A stretch of DNA of 64,000 nucleotides from Thermodesulfobacteriota bacterium (GTDB lineage Bacteria > Desulfobacterota > Desulfarculia > JACQYL01). The notes under the pieces are model-generated. The model was not told the origin of the DNA. It did not search any database and saw only the letters and a program-made list of their open reading frames with translations. The position numbers and the translations under genes were made by a program. Shown piece after piece: positions 1-11,104 of this stretch; the stretch's first letter is position 1; each line of letters opens with the position of its first letter. Location of the stretch: positions 896,001 to 960,000 of the forward strand of contig CAXXLZ010000001.1 in assembly GCA_963675595.2 (NCBI GenBank). Direction: 5' to 3'.

Positions 1-85
1 GGATGCGGCCGTCTTCGGTCTGATAAAGCAGGATTTCGGACTGTCCATCCTGTCGAGTCGGCAGATTCGATTCTTTCCTGCTCAT
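1..85 (-). CDS. RhuM-family protein, N-terminal fragment (runs off window)
   Basis: ATG at 85 overlaps the hsdM stop (ATGA). Translates MSRKESNLPTRQDGQSEILLYQTEDGRI; ILLYQTEDG is the typical RhuM N-terminus. Confidence 0.7.
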   Translation of the reverse strand, partial: MSRKESNLPTRQDGQSEILLYQTEDGRI

Positions 86-1548
86 GCTTTGCCCCCCAAA
101 CAAGCCGTCAATTCGTCCTTCAGCGCCTGCTGCGCCGCTTCGAGCCGGCGGACGATCTCCCGATACTCGGCCATCAGCTCTTCCGGGTCGCGGTGGTTCA
201 CCTCCACCTCGTGCGGGTTCTTGCAGTCGAGGTTGTGATTGCGCTCGACCAGTTCCTTGGCCGAGACCTTCCAGGCATGCTCGGTGGTCTTGCGGCCTTT
301 GCGTGCCTCGCCGCCCCACCAGGCTTTTTCCCGGTCGAATTCGGCAATGGTCAGGGGTTTGGAACGGGAGTAGGATTTGTACCCTTCCGGGTAGGGATGT
401 TCGAAGAACCAGACGTCCTTGGTGGGTCCGCCCTTTTCGAAGAACAGAATGTTGGTGGCGATGCCGGTGTAGGGGCTGAACACGCCCTTGGGCAGGCGCA
501 CGATGGTGTGCAGGTTGAATTCTTCGAGCAGTTCGCGCTTGAGAGTGGTCTTGACGCCCTCGCCGAACAGGAAGCCGTCGGGCAGCACCACGGCGGCCTT
601 GCCGGTATCGTATTTGAGCAGGTGCATGATGAGCGCCATGAACAGGTCCGCAGTCTCACGAGTCTGGTACTTGCGCGGAAAGTTATGCTCAATGCCGTCT
701 TCTTCCATGCCGCCGAAGGGCGGGTTGGTGACCACGAGGTCCACCCGGTCGCGGGGGCCGTAGTCCTTGAGCGGACGGCTCAGGGTGTTGTCGTGGCGGA
801 TGTTGGTGGGCAAATCGATACCGTGCAGCATCATATTGGTCACGGCCAGCATGTGGGGCAAGGTCTTCTTCTCCACACCGTGGATGGCGGCCTGCAGCCG
901 CCTGCGGTCATCGTTGTTCTTCACCTGTTTGTTCAGGTGCTCGATGGCGCAGGTGAGAAAGCCGCCGGTGCCGCAGGCCGGGTCGAGGATGATCCGGCCC
1001 AGCCGCGGGTCGAGCATATCGACCATGAATCGCGTGACCGCGCGGGGCGTGTAGTATTCGCCCGCGTTACCGGCCGACTGCAGATCGGAAAGAATCTTCT
1101 CGTAGATATCGTTGAACAGGTGCCGGTCGCCGGACGAGTTGAAATCGACATTCTCTTGGATGGTATTGATCACCTGGCGCAACAGGGTGCCGGACTTCAT
1201 GTAGTTGTAGGCGTCCTCGAACACCGAGCCCACCACCTTTCCGTGGGGTGAGACGCCTGCGGCGGTGGCCAGTCTTTTCAGCGCCGGGAAAAGATCGTTG
1301 TTGACAAAATCGATGAGCTCCTCACCGGTCATGCCTTCCGGGTTCTTGGCCCACCCGGACCAGCGGAAGCGGCCTTGCAGAGGCGATTTGTAGCCGGGTA
1401 CGGTGAGCCGCCATTCCTGCTCCTTGTCGTCGAAGATTTTCAGGAAAATGAGCCAGACCATCTGGCTGATGCGCTGGGCGTCGCCGTCCACGCCGACATC
1501 CTTGCGCATGACGTCTTGGATTGACTTGATGAGTGTGGTCAGGGACAT
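82..1548 (-). CDS. hsdM: Type I restriction-modification N6-adenine methyltransferase subunit
   Basis: Motifs GEYYTPR, DPACGTGGFL and NPPF; directly downstream of hsdR. Confidence 0.95.
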   Translation of the reverse strand: MSLTTLIKSIQDVMRKDVGVDGDAQRISQMVWLIFLKIFDDKEQEWRLTVPGYKSPLQGRFRWSGWAKNPEGMTGEELIDFVNNDLFPALKRLATAAGVSPHGKVVGSVFEDAYNYMKSGTLLRQVINTIQENVDFNSSGDRHLFNDIYEKILSDLQSAGNAGEYYTPRAVTRFMVDMLDPRLGRIILDPACGTGGFLTCAIEHLNKQVKNNDDRRRLQAAIHGVEKKTLPHMLAVTNMMLHGIDLPTNIRHDNTLSRPLKDYGPRDRVDLVVTNPPFGGMEEDGIEHNFPRKYQTRETADLFMALIMHLLKYDTGKAAVVLPDGFLFGEGVKTTLKRELLEEFNLHTIVRLPKGVFSPYTGIATNILFFEKGGPTKDVWFFEHPYPEGYKSYSRSKPLTIAEFDREKAWWGGEARKGRKTTEHAWKVSAKELVERNHNLDCKNPHEVEVNHRDPEELMAEYREIVRRLEAAQQALKDELTACLGGKA

Positions 1549-1574
1549 GTTGGTGTTATTTCCATTTCAATTCA

Positions 1575-3950
1575 TCAGGCGCTGTAAAGCGCCTGTTCCA
1601 GTTCGTGTACGGCCTGCCGGTATTGATTCGGTCCGCCGAAGGTTCGGACGATTTCCAGCGGGGTGCCGAAATCGGTAAAGGGGGCGATGGTGAGGATTTG
1701 CGTCTCCTCGATTTGGGACACGCCTTCATCGGCGTATTTGTCGAGCAGGGCCTCCAGCACTCGGCGGGCCTGTTTGCCGTAGCGGGTGAAGTAATTGCGT
1801 TTCTTCACCCGATCGGCTCGCTCTTTTCGGGTGAGAGGCGGCATGTCCCAGGCGACATGGCAGACCAGGTCGAAGGGATCGAACACCTTGTTCGACCGGC
1901 GACCGATTTCATCGGCCAAGGCGTCGAAGAACACGCCTTGCTCGGCCAGTTCGTCGATGACGGCCTGTTTCTTCTCAGCGCCGCTCCAGCGGCGCAGGAA
2001 ATCGTCGAGCGAAGCGTATTCCTTGGCCAGGGCCTTGCGGGTGTAGTCCTTGAGGGATTCGGTGATCAGTTTGCCGTCGGCGTCGAAGTACTGCACCCGT
2101 TCGGCGACCACCGTGACTTCGACGTCGGCCACCACGTAGCGGCGAATACGGGAACCTTCTTCCTCTCCGGGGTCGGCGACTCCGGTCCAATCCGAGCCTT
2201 CACCGGGCTCCGGAAAGGCGACGCCTTCGTCGGCTTCATCGGAGAGGTCCGGAGGCACCGGAGAACCATTTTCATCGGGTTCGTAGATCTGTACCGGGTC
2301 CCCGTCGAACTCCGGATCGGCAAACAGCTCGGTGGCCTTCTTGAAATCGAGGATGGTGAAGTAGTACTTGCCGTAGTCTTCGTTGATGCGGGTGCCTCGC
2401 CCGATGATCTGCTTGAACTCGGTCATGGACTGAATGCGCTGGTCGAGCACGATGAGCTTGCAGGTCTGGGCGTCCACGCCGGTGGACATCAGCTTGGAAG
2501 TGGTGGCGATGACCGGGTACTTGCTTTCCGGGAAAATGAAATTGTCGAGCTCGGCCTTGCCTTCCTCGTTGTCGCCGGTGATGCGCATGACGTACTTGCC
2601 GTTCTGCGCTGTGAGGTCGCCGTTCTCGTTTACCAGTGCCCGACGCATGCGTTCGGCGTGATCGATATTTTCGCAGAAGACGATGGTCTTGTCGAAGCGG
2701 TTGGTTTGCTTGAGGAATTCGGTGATCTTCTTGGCCACCAACTCGGTGCGCTTCTCCAGCACCAGAATCCTGTCGAAATCCTTTTGGTTGTAGACGCGAT
2801 CCTCGATCTCGTTGCCGTATTTGTCGAGCATGCCTTTGTCGGGTCGCCAGCCCACCAGGTCCTTGTCCAGATCGATACGCACCACCTTGTAGGGAGAAAG
2901 GAACCCGTCCTCAATGCCTTGCCTGAGCGAGTAGGTGTAAACGGGGTCGCCGAAGTAGTCGATGTTGGAAACCTCCTTGGTTTCCTTGGGCGTGGCGGTC
3001 AACCCGATCTGGGTGGCGGAGGCGAAGTATTCGAGAATCTCACGCCAGGCGGAATCGGCGGCCGCGCTGCCCCGGTGGCATTCGTCGATAACGATCAGGT
3101 CGAAAAAGTCGGGGCTGAACTGCTTGTAGATGTTCTTCTCTTCTTCGGCGCCGGTCACCGCCTGATAGAGCGACAAGTAGATTTCGTAGGATTTGTCGGC
3201 CTGACGTTTCCGGATCTTGGTCATGGCCGAGCCGAACGGCTTGAAATCGTTGGTCATGGTCTGGTCGATCAGGATGTTGCGGTCGGCGAGGAAGAGGATG
3301 CGTTTCTTCGCCTTGGACTTCCAAAGCCGCCAGATGATCTGGAAAGCGGTGAAGGTCTTGCCGGTGCCCGTCGCCATGACCAGCAGGATGCGATTTCCGC
3401 CGCGAGCAATGGCCTCGACGGCTTTATTAATGGCCAGTAGCTGGTAGTAGCGTGGGGTTTTGTCGCCGGCGTCGCTGTAGTAGTCCTGTGTAATGAGGGT
3501 GTTTTGCCGGTCGTTCAGACCACGGTGTTCCGCCCACCGTTGCCACAGTGTTTGTGCGGAGGGGAATTCGTGCAGGCCGAGTTCCCGCTCGATGATGCCG
3601 TCGGACGCGATCTTGTCGTGGAACAGGAATCCGTCGCCGTTAGAGCTGAACACGAAAGGGACTTGCAGCATTTCGGCATAACCCAGCGCCTGCTGCATGC
3701 CGTCGCCTACGGTGTGATTGTTGTCTTTGGCCTCGATGACGGCCATGGGGATGTTCGGCTTGTGGAACAGGACATAGTCGGCCCGTTTATGTTTGGCGCG
3801 GGTATGGAGCTTGCCGCGAACGATAATGCGCCCGTTGGTGAGAGGGAATTCTTCTCTCACTTGAGTTGCGATATCCCAACCGGACCGTTCCAGGGCGGGT
3901 GTAATGAACTTGGTGCAGATATCGCGCTCGGAGAGTTGCTTCTTATTCAT
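1575..3950 (-). CDS. hsdR: Type I restriction endonuclease R subunit (EcoEI/EcoAI-like)
   Basis: ADY...IEAK nuclease motif, MATGTGKT Walker A, DECH box, QIIGRGTR, EcoEI-like C-terminus. Start moved to ATG 3950, which follows a GGGGAG RBS. Confidence 0.95.
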   Translation of the reverse strand: MNKKQLSERDICTKFITPALERSGWDIATQVREEFPLTNGRIIVRGKLHTRAKHKRADYVLFHKPNIPMAVIEAKDNNHTVGDGMQQALGYAEMLQVPFVFSSNGDGFLFHDKIASDGIIERELGLHEFPSAQTLWQRWAEHRGLNDRQNTLITQDYYSDAGDKTPRYYQLLAINKAVEAIARGGNRILLVMATGTGKTFTAFQIIWRLWKSKAKKRILFLADRNILIDQTMTNDFKPFGSAMTKIRKRQADKSYEIYLSLYQAVTGAEEEKNIYKQFSPDFFDLIVIDECHRGSAAADSAWREILEYFASATQIGLTATPKETKEVSNIDYFGDPVYTYSLRQGIEDGFLSPYKVVRIDLDKDLVGWRPDKGMLDKYGNEIEDRVYNQKDFDRILVLEKRTELVAKKITEFLKQTNRFDKTIVFCENIDHAERMRRALVNENGDLTAQNGKYVMRITGDNEEGKAELDNFIFPESKYPVIATTSKLMSTGVDAQTCKLIVLDQRIQSMTEFKQIIGRGTRINEDYGKYYFTILDFKKATELFADPEFDGDPVQIYEPDENGSPVPPDLSDEADEGVAFPEPGEGSDWTGVADPGEEEGSRIRRYVVADVEVTVVAERVQYFDADGKLITESLKDYTRKALAKEYASLDDFLRRWSGAEKKQAVIDELAEQGVFFDALADEIGRRSNKVFDPFDLVCHVAWDMPPLTRKERADRVKKRNYFTRYGKQARRVLEALLDKYADEGVSQIEETQILTIAPFTDFGTPLEIVRTFGGPNQYRQAVHELEQALYSA

Positions 3951-4808
3951 CTGGCCGACTCCCCCTGTTTCTTTTTCCGTGCGCACAAGATTGCTCAATC
4001 GGCCCCTGCGTCGGCCGATTCGGCGCCGCATCGGCTTGCTCCAGACGATGGACCTCGGAGGAATTCGCCCCAGGGGTCTTCTGTCCGTTCCCGCTCAAAT
4101 GTCGGCTCTTCTTCGGAGGCGAGCAAGGATCATTCAGATTTATTCGACAATATACCGTCCGCTAGGCGGGATGCAAAATGAAATCCTTGGACGATCCGAA
4201 AGATTGCTCACGATTCCGAAGGCTAGGCGCTGTGAACACCTATGGAAAGACGAGACTGACATGAGCCTGAGAGAAGTATGAGAGGGATCCGAAGCGGGGG
4301 AGTGACCTGATCTATACTTTGTTGGCGTAACCAAGCGTTACCGGATCATATGAAGGTATATGTCTTTGAAATGCCTATATATTGTCGTTTTCATGGAGAC
4401 CGATCAGTTGTTTCCTTTCATCGTCGGAAAGCAAGATGGGTCGATCGTGGGTTCGTGTTGAAAAATGGGTCTGGAGAAAGCCCCTCAGGTTCTTGATCTG
4501 CGGATCCGTTAGGTAAGGATATGAAGCCAGCGCGATTTTGAGTCTTGACGGAAGATACAGTGAGTGAGGGCTCTTGGCTCCTCCTTATCTCTTGTTGAGC
4601 CGCTCTGAGAGGTTCTCAAAGGTGAATCGGCGGCCCGTAATGGGTATCAGATTTCGTCCATCGAGAATGGATATAAGCTAGGAAGGAACCATGTTCAGGA
4701 GAGGTGGAATGGCCTGGTTCCGGAACTATCCGCAGGCTGATTTGACCATATTGTGTAATGGGGATATATTGTAGAGAATCCCTTCCGTCTTCTCAGGAGT
4801 CTGGTCAC

Positions 4809-5681
4809 ATGGACCTGAGGACCCTTCTGCTAGCCGGTTCCGCAGTATCGGCCAATTTGTCGCTTGCCATGCTTTACTTGCTTGCGACGGGACGCAGCTA
4901 TCCGGGGTTCGGCTTATGGACTGCGGGGGTGATAGCCGTAGCCGCTGGAAACACGCTGATCGCGTTGAGGAGCCAATTGCCGGAAGCGATATCGATTCTT
5001 CTGGGGAACGCACTGATTTTTCTCGCACTATACATGTTTCTTTTCGGGTTGAATCGTTTCGTCGGGCGCAGGACCGAACAGTGCCGGGTTATCCTGCCCT
5101 TGATCGCCGCTCTCTCGGTGTTGTTCTATTACTGGTTTGTTTCGCCGGACTTGAGAGCTAGAATTCTTGTCGTGTCGTTTGTAATTTGCGCCTATCTTAC
5201 GGTGGGTTGGTTTACGGCCTTCCGGCATCTACCCAAAGTAATGCTTAGGGGAGAAAATCTTCTTCTCATCGGCTTCGGTATCTTTGTCGCTTCCACGTTT
5301 CTGAGGCCGTTGGTCGTTCTCTTCCGACGCAGCACCATGTCGGATTTAATGAGTGCGGGAGGATTCGAGCCTGTCGCCGCTCTTGTGAACATACTGGGCG
5401 TGGTGACGTTGGTTCTCGGAATGATCAAGATCAACCAGCAACGACTTGAGGAAGAATTCCGACAAGCACGAATCAAACTCAACGCCTTGGAAGGTCTTCT
5501 ACCGCTTTGTTCCCATTGTGGAAAGATCAGGGACGAGCAAGACGAGTGGCACTCCTTCGAAAATTACTTGCGTCTGCATTCAAAAGCCCAAGTTACTCAT
5601 GGGCTTTGCCCCGATTGCACACGCCTCCTATACCCCGATATTGCGGACTCCGCGCTTCAGGAACTCGCAGAAATGAAATAG
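4809..5681 (+). CDS. Multi-pass membrane protein with C-terminal CxxC...HxxCxxC Zn-binding module
   Basis: About 7 hydrophobic segments followed by LLPLCSHCGKIRD...W...THGLCPDC, a tail common on deltaproteobacterial signalling proteins. AGGAG RBS before ATG 4809. Confidence 0.75.
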   Translation: MDLRTLLLAGSAVSANLSLAMLYLLATGRSYPGFGLWTAGVIAVAAGNTLIALRSQLPEAISILLGNALIFLALYMFLFGLNRFVGRRTEQCRVILPLIAALSVLFYYWFVSPDLRARILVVSFVICAYLTVGWFTAFRHLPKVMLRGENLLLIGFGIFVASTFLRPLVVLFRRSTMSDLMSAGGFEPVAALVNILGVVTLVLGMIKINQQRLEEEFRQARIKLNALEGLLPLCSHCGKIRDEQDEWHSFENYLRLHSKAQVTHGLCPDCTRLLYPDIADSALQELAEMK

Positions 5682-7141
5682 GGTTCGTCTGCCGGACAAG
5701 ACTCGTCGGCGACGGGTTTGTTGCCCCTATTTGCTTATGGCGCGTCAAAAGCGTTTCTCTCTGTCCTCCGTTGTTAAAAAGGCCTGAGCGGTGAGGCGCA
5801 ATGGACACCCGGAACGCACTTTGCGAAATGCTTAAAGAATGTAAAGTCGAAGGACGAAGTCTATCCGACATCGTGATCTATATTAAGAGAAAACCGCAAT
5901 CGCGTCGTCCGTCCTGCCGTTCGTCGGGTGGTGATAGCGGAAATCGGACAATTTCGAGATTCCAGTCCCTTTTTGAAAAGCGCACATTTGCCTGAATCAC
6001 CTTCGGTTTATTCGCCGGTTTTTGTAAAAAGGCACTTGACAGCAATGTGTTTATCGTTTACGCATATGATGCAATCCAAAAAAACAGGCTGACGCACTGA
6101 AGTTGATGACCCGCCTTAATGTCGCTGACCCAAAGGGGCGCAAAATTGCGGATCTTTCTTTCAGTAATCCATGGCTGCGGAATCATCGGACTGACGTGCC
6201 TTCGCAACTATGCGGCATCGTTTAAGGCACCGAGGTCTTCACCGAAGGACTTGCTTCGGATACCGGTTGCGGCATGGACACTGTTTTTCAGGACGTGGAT
6301 GAAATCGATCACATCTCCTGGAACATATCGGAATCCCCACCTTTTGTTAAAATCGTTCCCATCATTCAAAGAATATTTTCGGCGAAAACGCGACTATTCC
6401 CGCCAAGAAGTCATCGTTCTGCTGAAGAATCAGGATCGCAACTTATTAATCAGGAAACCGGAGAGAGACTTCGACGCTCTGTGTTTTGTAGCCTCATCCC
6501 ACGGGGAAGTAGGCGCTGAGCTCCTTAACCTGAGGGGGCCGGAACTTTCATAGCGTCACATGTGGAAGACTTTGGAGAGAGTTTTCCTCTTTACGTTTCT
6601 CCCGAAGGTCGCCTGTCGAATCGTATCGGTGCTCGCAGAGAGCTATTGAGATGCGCGTCGTTAGGGGTGTTGTGCATCGGAGCTCGAAGTCGGCCTCAGC
6701 GGAATCGGCAGGCCTCTTTTCATAGACGCGCACCTGGTTCGGGAGGGCACGGCAACCACCGGCCCCTGAACGGTCGCAAACGCTTCATCCACGCTCTCAG
6801 CGGTAGCCGGGCCTATCTGTTCCTCTGGAAACCGACTCGGCCGCTCTTCGAGAGCAAGGGAACCGGTTTCGGTTTTTGGGTGAGCGAAAAATCCACCACA
6901 GAAGGGAAGTGATAGAAACGAAGATGGGAACTGAGAGTCGTCGGTCTTACAGCGAGAGCACTCTAATCTGAATTCTTGCTGGAATCGTTGCTGTTAGACA
7001 CTGTTAACGCCTGTTGAGTCAAACCTAAGTCCGAAATTCCACTCGAAACGTAGCATGTTGATCCAATGTATGACCCAGTAGATTAACAGCGTTGGGGGTT
7101 GTAAGAAAACCATCTTATTCACAAGAATGAGGGGAGTACAA

Positions 7142-7828
7142 ATGGTCTACATCGTGTTGTACCTGGTAGGGGCTATTCTGGTTGTCAACGGGCTGACCAT
7201 GGCCCAGATCATCACGTCTTTCAGTCCCGTCGCGGGAGCGGCGAACGTACCCGTTCTGGCTTTGGGGTTTTCGGCCACGGGCATTGCTAATCTGAACTGG
7301 ATTATCGGCGGCCTGATCGTCATCATCGCGCTGATTATCGCCACCAAAGACATGTACAACGGTTTCGGGGAAACCGTGTCCTATGTGGTGGCTTCCACCT
7401 GTTTGACTTTTGCCATCGCCTATCTTCTGCTCGGGGCGGCTCTCAACAACATGTACAATCCCGACTTTTTGTCGATGGCGCAAGCGGCTGTGGGGGAAGG
7501 ACAAGAACTGAATCCATTCGTCAGTTTTGCGGCACTGCAACCTTTGGGATGGTATTGCCTGCCCATGTCCATTTTTGTCTTTATTTTGAGCTTGGGATTT
7601 TTCCAGGTCATCGGGAAGAAACTGCCCAAAGTCCCGCAGTTCGGATTCCTCTGGCTGCTGTGGGCGATCACGTTCTTCCTCTTCTTCTGGGTGTTGGGAC
7701 TCGGAAACTACGGCGCCGGCCTGAGCATGTTGATATTCACAGGCTGGTACGCGTTCATTGTCGGTTTGCTTACGTGTGCTTATCCCGCCTTGGCCTATTT
7801 CAACGCGGGCAAGGTAGGAGCCTGGTAA
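7142..7828 (+). CDS. AmiS/UreI-family amide/urea channel-like protein
   Basis: N-terminal LYLVGAILVVNGL, plus LGWYCL and WLLWAITFFLF segments matching the AmiS/UreI pattern. GAGGGGAG RBS. Confidence 0.7.
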   Translation: MVYIVLYLVGAILVVNGLTMAQIITSFSPVAGAANVPVLALGFSATGIANLNWIIGGLIVIIALIIATKDMYNGFGETVSYVVASTCLTFAIAYLLLGAALNNMYNPDFLSMAQAAVGEGQELNPFVSFAALQPLGWYCLPMSIFVFILSLGFFQVIGKKLPKVPQFGFLWLLWAITFFLFFWVLGLGNYGAGLSMLIFTGWYAFIVGLLTCAYPALAYFNAGKVGAW

Positions 7829-7877
7829 TCGCCGCCCGTCACGGAATGGGAGTTGGCTAGTTAAGGCGAGAAGAATG

Positions 7878-7913
7878 AAAGGGTGGTGAACGCGATGTTC
7901 GCCACCCTTTTTT
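7878..7913. terminator. Bidirectional rho-independent terminator
   Basis: aaagggtggtgaac-gcgat-gttcgccacccttttt hairpin between convergent genes. Confidence 0.8.
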
Positions 7914-8047
7914 GTTTGGCCGAGCGAATGCCGGGGATCGGATTCGAGGAGATTTTACTCTCCATCGGTCCGTGGATCGTCCGCGCTTCTCAGGGAAGCT
8001 CGGCGAGCCGATTCCGGCAGGTTAAGCGCGGTTCGAAAGGTTCGTAA

Positions 8048-9025
8048 CTACTCTTCCGAACTTCCTTCGGCACCCGATGAGGTTTGGCCTATCCGCTGAA
8101 GAAGTCGCTCGTATTTGGCATCCACCTGTTCCTGAATCGTCTTGATGTCGTCTTCAGTGAGATGCCTGAAACGCCTCTGGTGTTGCAGATATTCCTGAAC
8201 GGGTTTCGGTGACTTAACGTCTTTGCTGAGAATCCAATTCCCGTCGATCACTTCGTACAGAGGGAAGACGCGTGTTTCCACCGCCAGTCTCGCGGCCTCC
8301 ACGGACCTTTCGGGCGCAAGCCTCCATCCGGTGCAACAGGGTGAAAATACATGCAGATAGGCCGGTCCGGGAATGGTGGCCGCCTTCTTGGCCTTATTCA
8401 TAAGGTCCACCGGATAAGCCGGGCACGCGGTAGCAACGTAAGGGATGTTATGTGCCGCCGCAATGGCGGCCACATCCTTCTTCAAGGTGGCCTGACCGAT
8501 GCTTTGTTTTCCGGGAGGCGATGTCGTGGTCATGGCTCCGTACGGTGTTGAACTCGAACGTTGAATACCCGTGTTCATGTAGGCTTCGTTGTCGAGACAA
8601 ACGTAAAGGAAGTTGTGACCCCGTTCCAAGGCGCCACTGAGAGCCTGGAGTCCGATGTCGGCCGTTCCGCCGTCTCCGGCAACAGCCATGAATACGGTGT
8701 TCTCGTCTTTGATACGCCCCTTACGAATCAGCGCCTTGTAGCCTGATTCAACGCCCGAAGCGACTGCGGCGGCGTTTTCGAAGGCCACGTGGAGCCAAGG
8801 GGTACGCCATGCGGTCTGAGGCCAAGGGGAGGTGATGATTTCCATGCATCCCGTGGCGGAACAGACGATGACATTATCGCCGATGGCCTTCATCACCTGA
8901 CGAAGTGCAAGAACCTCGGTGCAGCCTTGACAGGCGCGATGACCCGGGGCCAGGGGCTCCACGCGAGGAAGCTTCTTCATGGAGTATTTCTGGAAATCCT
9001 TCAATGCTGCTGTCGCCGTTCCCAT
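8048..9025 (-). CDS. porB: Pyruvate/2-oxoacid:ferredoxin oxidoreductase beta subunit
   Basis: GHRACQGC, ATGC, GDGG...DNEAYMNTG TPP-binding motif. Confidence 0.93.
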   Translation of the reverse strand: MGTATAALKDFQKYSMKKLPRVEPLAPGHRACQGCTEVLALRQVMKAIGDNVIVCSATGCMEIITSPWPQTAWRTPWLHVAFENAAAVASGVESGYKALIRKGRIKDENTVFMAVAGDGGTADIGLQALSGALERGHNFLYVCLDNEAYMNTGIQRSSSTPYGAMTTTSPPGKQSIGQATLKKDVAAIAAAHNIPYVATACPAYPVDLMNKAKKAATIPGPAYLHVFSPCCTGWRLAPERSVEAARLAVETRVFPLYEVIDGNWILSKDVKSPKPVQEYLQHQRRFRHLTEDDIKTIQEQVDAKYERLLQRIGQTSSGAEGSSEE

Positions 9026-10200
9026 TATTCCCTCACATTTATGATCTGATAGAGTTCAGAGGAATTGGAGCTTGCCAGGCTCTTCACATCGGAAGCCATT
9101 TCCTCGAAATTTTCGACCGTAACATCGCGGCCGCCCAAGCCGGCGATGAAGTTGAAAATGAAGGGTCGGCTGGACTGGTTGTAGAAAAGGGATCGAATTT
9201 CAGTGGCAAGAGGGCCGCCGTTCCCGCCGAAGCTCAGGTAACGGTCCACCACGCCTACGTACTTGGCGTTCTTGAGCGCGGCCACCACTTCTTCGTTGGG
9301 AAACGGCCGGTACAGCCGAATGCGGGCTACGCCGACTTTGTGGCCCTTGGCGCGCATACCGTCGACCGCGGTCATCGCGGTTTCGCCGATACTGCCCATG
9401 GTTACCAGAATCGTATCGGCATCCTCGGTCAGATAGGTTTCCACGGGGTTGTAGTAGCGTCCGGTGAGGTCGCCGAATTCCTTCCATCCTTTGAGAATGG
9501 TCGGTTTGGACGCTTTGACGGCCTCCTCAAGCGCCATCCTCGCTTCCGTGTAGACTTCCGGCATTCCCACGGGTCCCATGGTGATGGGATTCTTGGGATC
9601 GAGCCGTTGTGCCCAGTCGTAGGGCTTAAGGTACTTGTCCACGTCTTTCTGGTCGAGGATCTCGATAGGCTCGATGACGTGGCTCACGGTGAACCCGTCC
9701 ATGTTGATAATCATGGGCAGCAGGACTCCGTGGTCTTCCGCCACGCGATAAGCATGAAACAACGAATCATACATTTCCTGACCGTTTTCTGCGACGGTTT
9801 GGATCCATCCCGTGTCTCGGGCAAGCATGATGTCGCTGTGATCGTTCCAGATGCTGATGGGGCCGCTCATGGCTCGGTTGGCCATGGCCATGACTATGGG
9901 GAGCCTCAATGATGAGGCGATGAATACGATTTCCACCATCAGAGCCATGCCCTGTGAGCTCGTGGCTGTAAAAACTCTGGCTCCGGCGGCGGCCGCTCCG
10001 ATACTGCAGCTCATGGCCGAATGTTCGGATTCCACCGGAATAAACTCGGCGTCCAATTCCCCGTCTGCGACCAGTTCCGATAGGTGCTCCACAATGTGCG
10101 TCTGGGGAGTAATCGGGTAGGCTGCGACCACGTCCACATTGGCCTGTTTAACCGCTTCAGCCAAAGCGATTGAAACTTCAATTCCGACTCGCTCACTCAT
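9025..10200 (-). CDS. porA: Pyruvate/2-oxoacid:ferredoxin oxidoreductase alpha subunit
   Basis: YPITPQT, ESEHSAMS, TATSSQG, GLGGRD. Confidence 0.93.
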   Translation of the reverse strand: MSERVGIEVSIALAEAVKQANVDVVAAYPITPQTHIVEHLSELVADGELDAEFIPVESEHSAMSCSIGAAAAGARVFTATSSQGMALMVEIVFIASSLRLPIVMAMANRAMSGPISIWNDHSDIMLARDTGWIQTVAENGQEMYDSLFHAYRVAEDHGVLLPMIINMDGFTVSHVIEPIEILDQKDVDKYLKPYDWAQRLDPKNPITMGPVGMPEVYTEARMALEEAVKASKPTILKGWKEFGDLTGRYYNPVETYLTEDADTILVTMGSIGETAMTAVDGMRAKGHKVGVARIRLYRPFPNEEVVAALKNAKYVGVVDRYLSFGGNGGPLATEIRSLFYNQSSRPFIFNFIAGLGGRDVTVENFEEMASDVKSLASSNSSELYQIINVRE

Positions 10201-10492
10201 CGCTTCCGTCCTCCACCATGGTTATGCATTTTTTCGGGCACTCATAAGCGCAGATGCCGCACCCTTTACAGTAGAACAGATTCGCCTCGTAGTAACCCTC
10301 TTCGGTGGGGGAATAAACCATGTCCGGGCAATAGATGTAGCAGAATCCACATTTGATGCAGGTGTCGTAATCCGTGACCGGATGTTTGCTGCGCCAGTCA
10401 CCCGTTTTTAGCCTTGAGGAACTCCCAGGTTCGAGAACGGCAGTCCCCAATGGTAACTCTTTCCAGCTGATTGCGCCGATTTCCTTTGCCAC
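10193..10492 (-). CDS. porD: 2-oxoacid:ferredoxin oxidoreductase delta subunit (2x[4Fe-4S])
   Basis: KTGDWR, CIKCGFCYIYCPD, CKGCGICAYECP. Confidence 0.92.
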   Translation of the reverse strand: MAKEIGAISWKELPLGTAVLEPGSSSRLKTGDWRSKHPVTDYDTCIKCGFCYIYCPDMVYSPTEEGYYEANLFYCKGCGICAYECPKKCITMVEDGSDE

Positions 10493-10496
10493 TTTC

Positions 10497-11045
10497 TTAC
10501 TCCTCGACTCGGGTTTCTACGAATGCCCTCTTGCAGGAAGACAGGTTCTTGGGAGCGATGGGACCAAATCGCTTCTCAAGGGGGCCTTCAAGAGACGCAA
10601 TGTCCACCACTCCGGTGGCCTTCAGGATGGCACCGAGCATTGTCGTGTTGGTAATGGGTACGTTCATTTCTTCCATGGCAATTTTGCTCGCATCCACCAG
10701 CGCAAGGCGTGCCTTCCACCCATATCTCTTTCGGAGGGCTTCCGCACTTTCAGACGTGTTGAGCACCAAAGTGCCTCCTTCGCGCAATCCGGCCGCCACA
10801 TCGACGATCTCGAGGAGTGTCGGGTCCAGCACCGCGACTACGTCGGGCTCGTACACCTTTTCCCTGGTGCGAATCTTTTCCTCGCTGACTCGGGTAAAGG
10901 CCAGTACCGGTGCTCCGCGCCGCTCGGGACCGAAACTGGGGAAGGCCTGTGCGAACTTACCCTCGTTAATGGCGGCAACGGCCATCAACTCAGCGGAAGT
11001 AACCGCTCCTTGTCCCCCTCGTCCATGGTATCTGATTTCAAGCAT
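10497..11045 (-). CDS. porC: 2-oxoacid:ferredoxin oxidoreductase gamma subunit
   Basis: EIRYHGRGGQG, FGPERRGAPV; GGAGG RBS before ATG 11045. Confidence 0.92.
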   Translation of the reverse strand: MLEIRYHGRGGQGAVTSAELMAVAAINEGKFAQAFPSFGPERRGAPVLAFTRVSEEKIRTREKVYEPDVVAVLDPTLLEIVDVAAGLREGGTLVLNTSESAEALRKRYGWKARLALVDASKIAMEEMNVPITNTTMLGAILKATGVVDIASLEGPLEKRFGPIAPKNLSSCKRAFVETRVEE

Positions 11046-11104
11046 AGTCACCAACCTCCCTAAACAATTCAAAGATTCATGAGTATCCAATGGCTCACGA
11101 TAAG

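Noticed and set aside
1533-3440. Long plus-strand ORFs antisense to real genes (also 28739-31177, 32429-34441, 59697-61187, and minus-strand 44502-46931)
   Set aside because: Shadow frames of GC-rich coding genes; no recognisable motifs.
3951-4808. tRNA/att site or integrase at the RM island boundary
   Set aside because: No cloverleaf, direct repeat or recombinase ORF recognised; no tRNA, rRNA or transposase was seen anywhere in the window.
6119-6553. 144-aa ORF
   Set aside because: No RBS, atypical composition, no motif.
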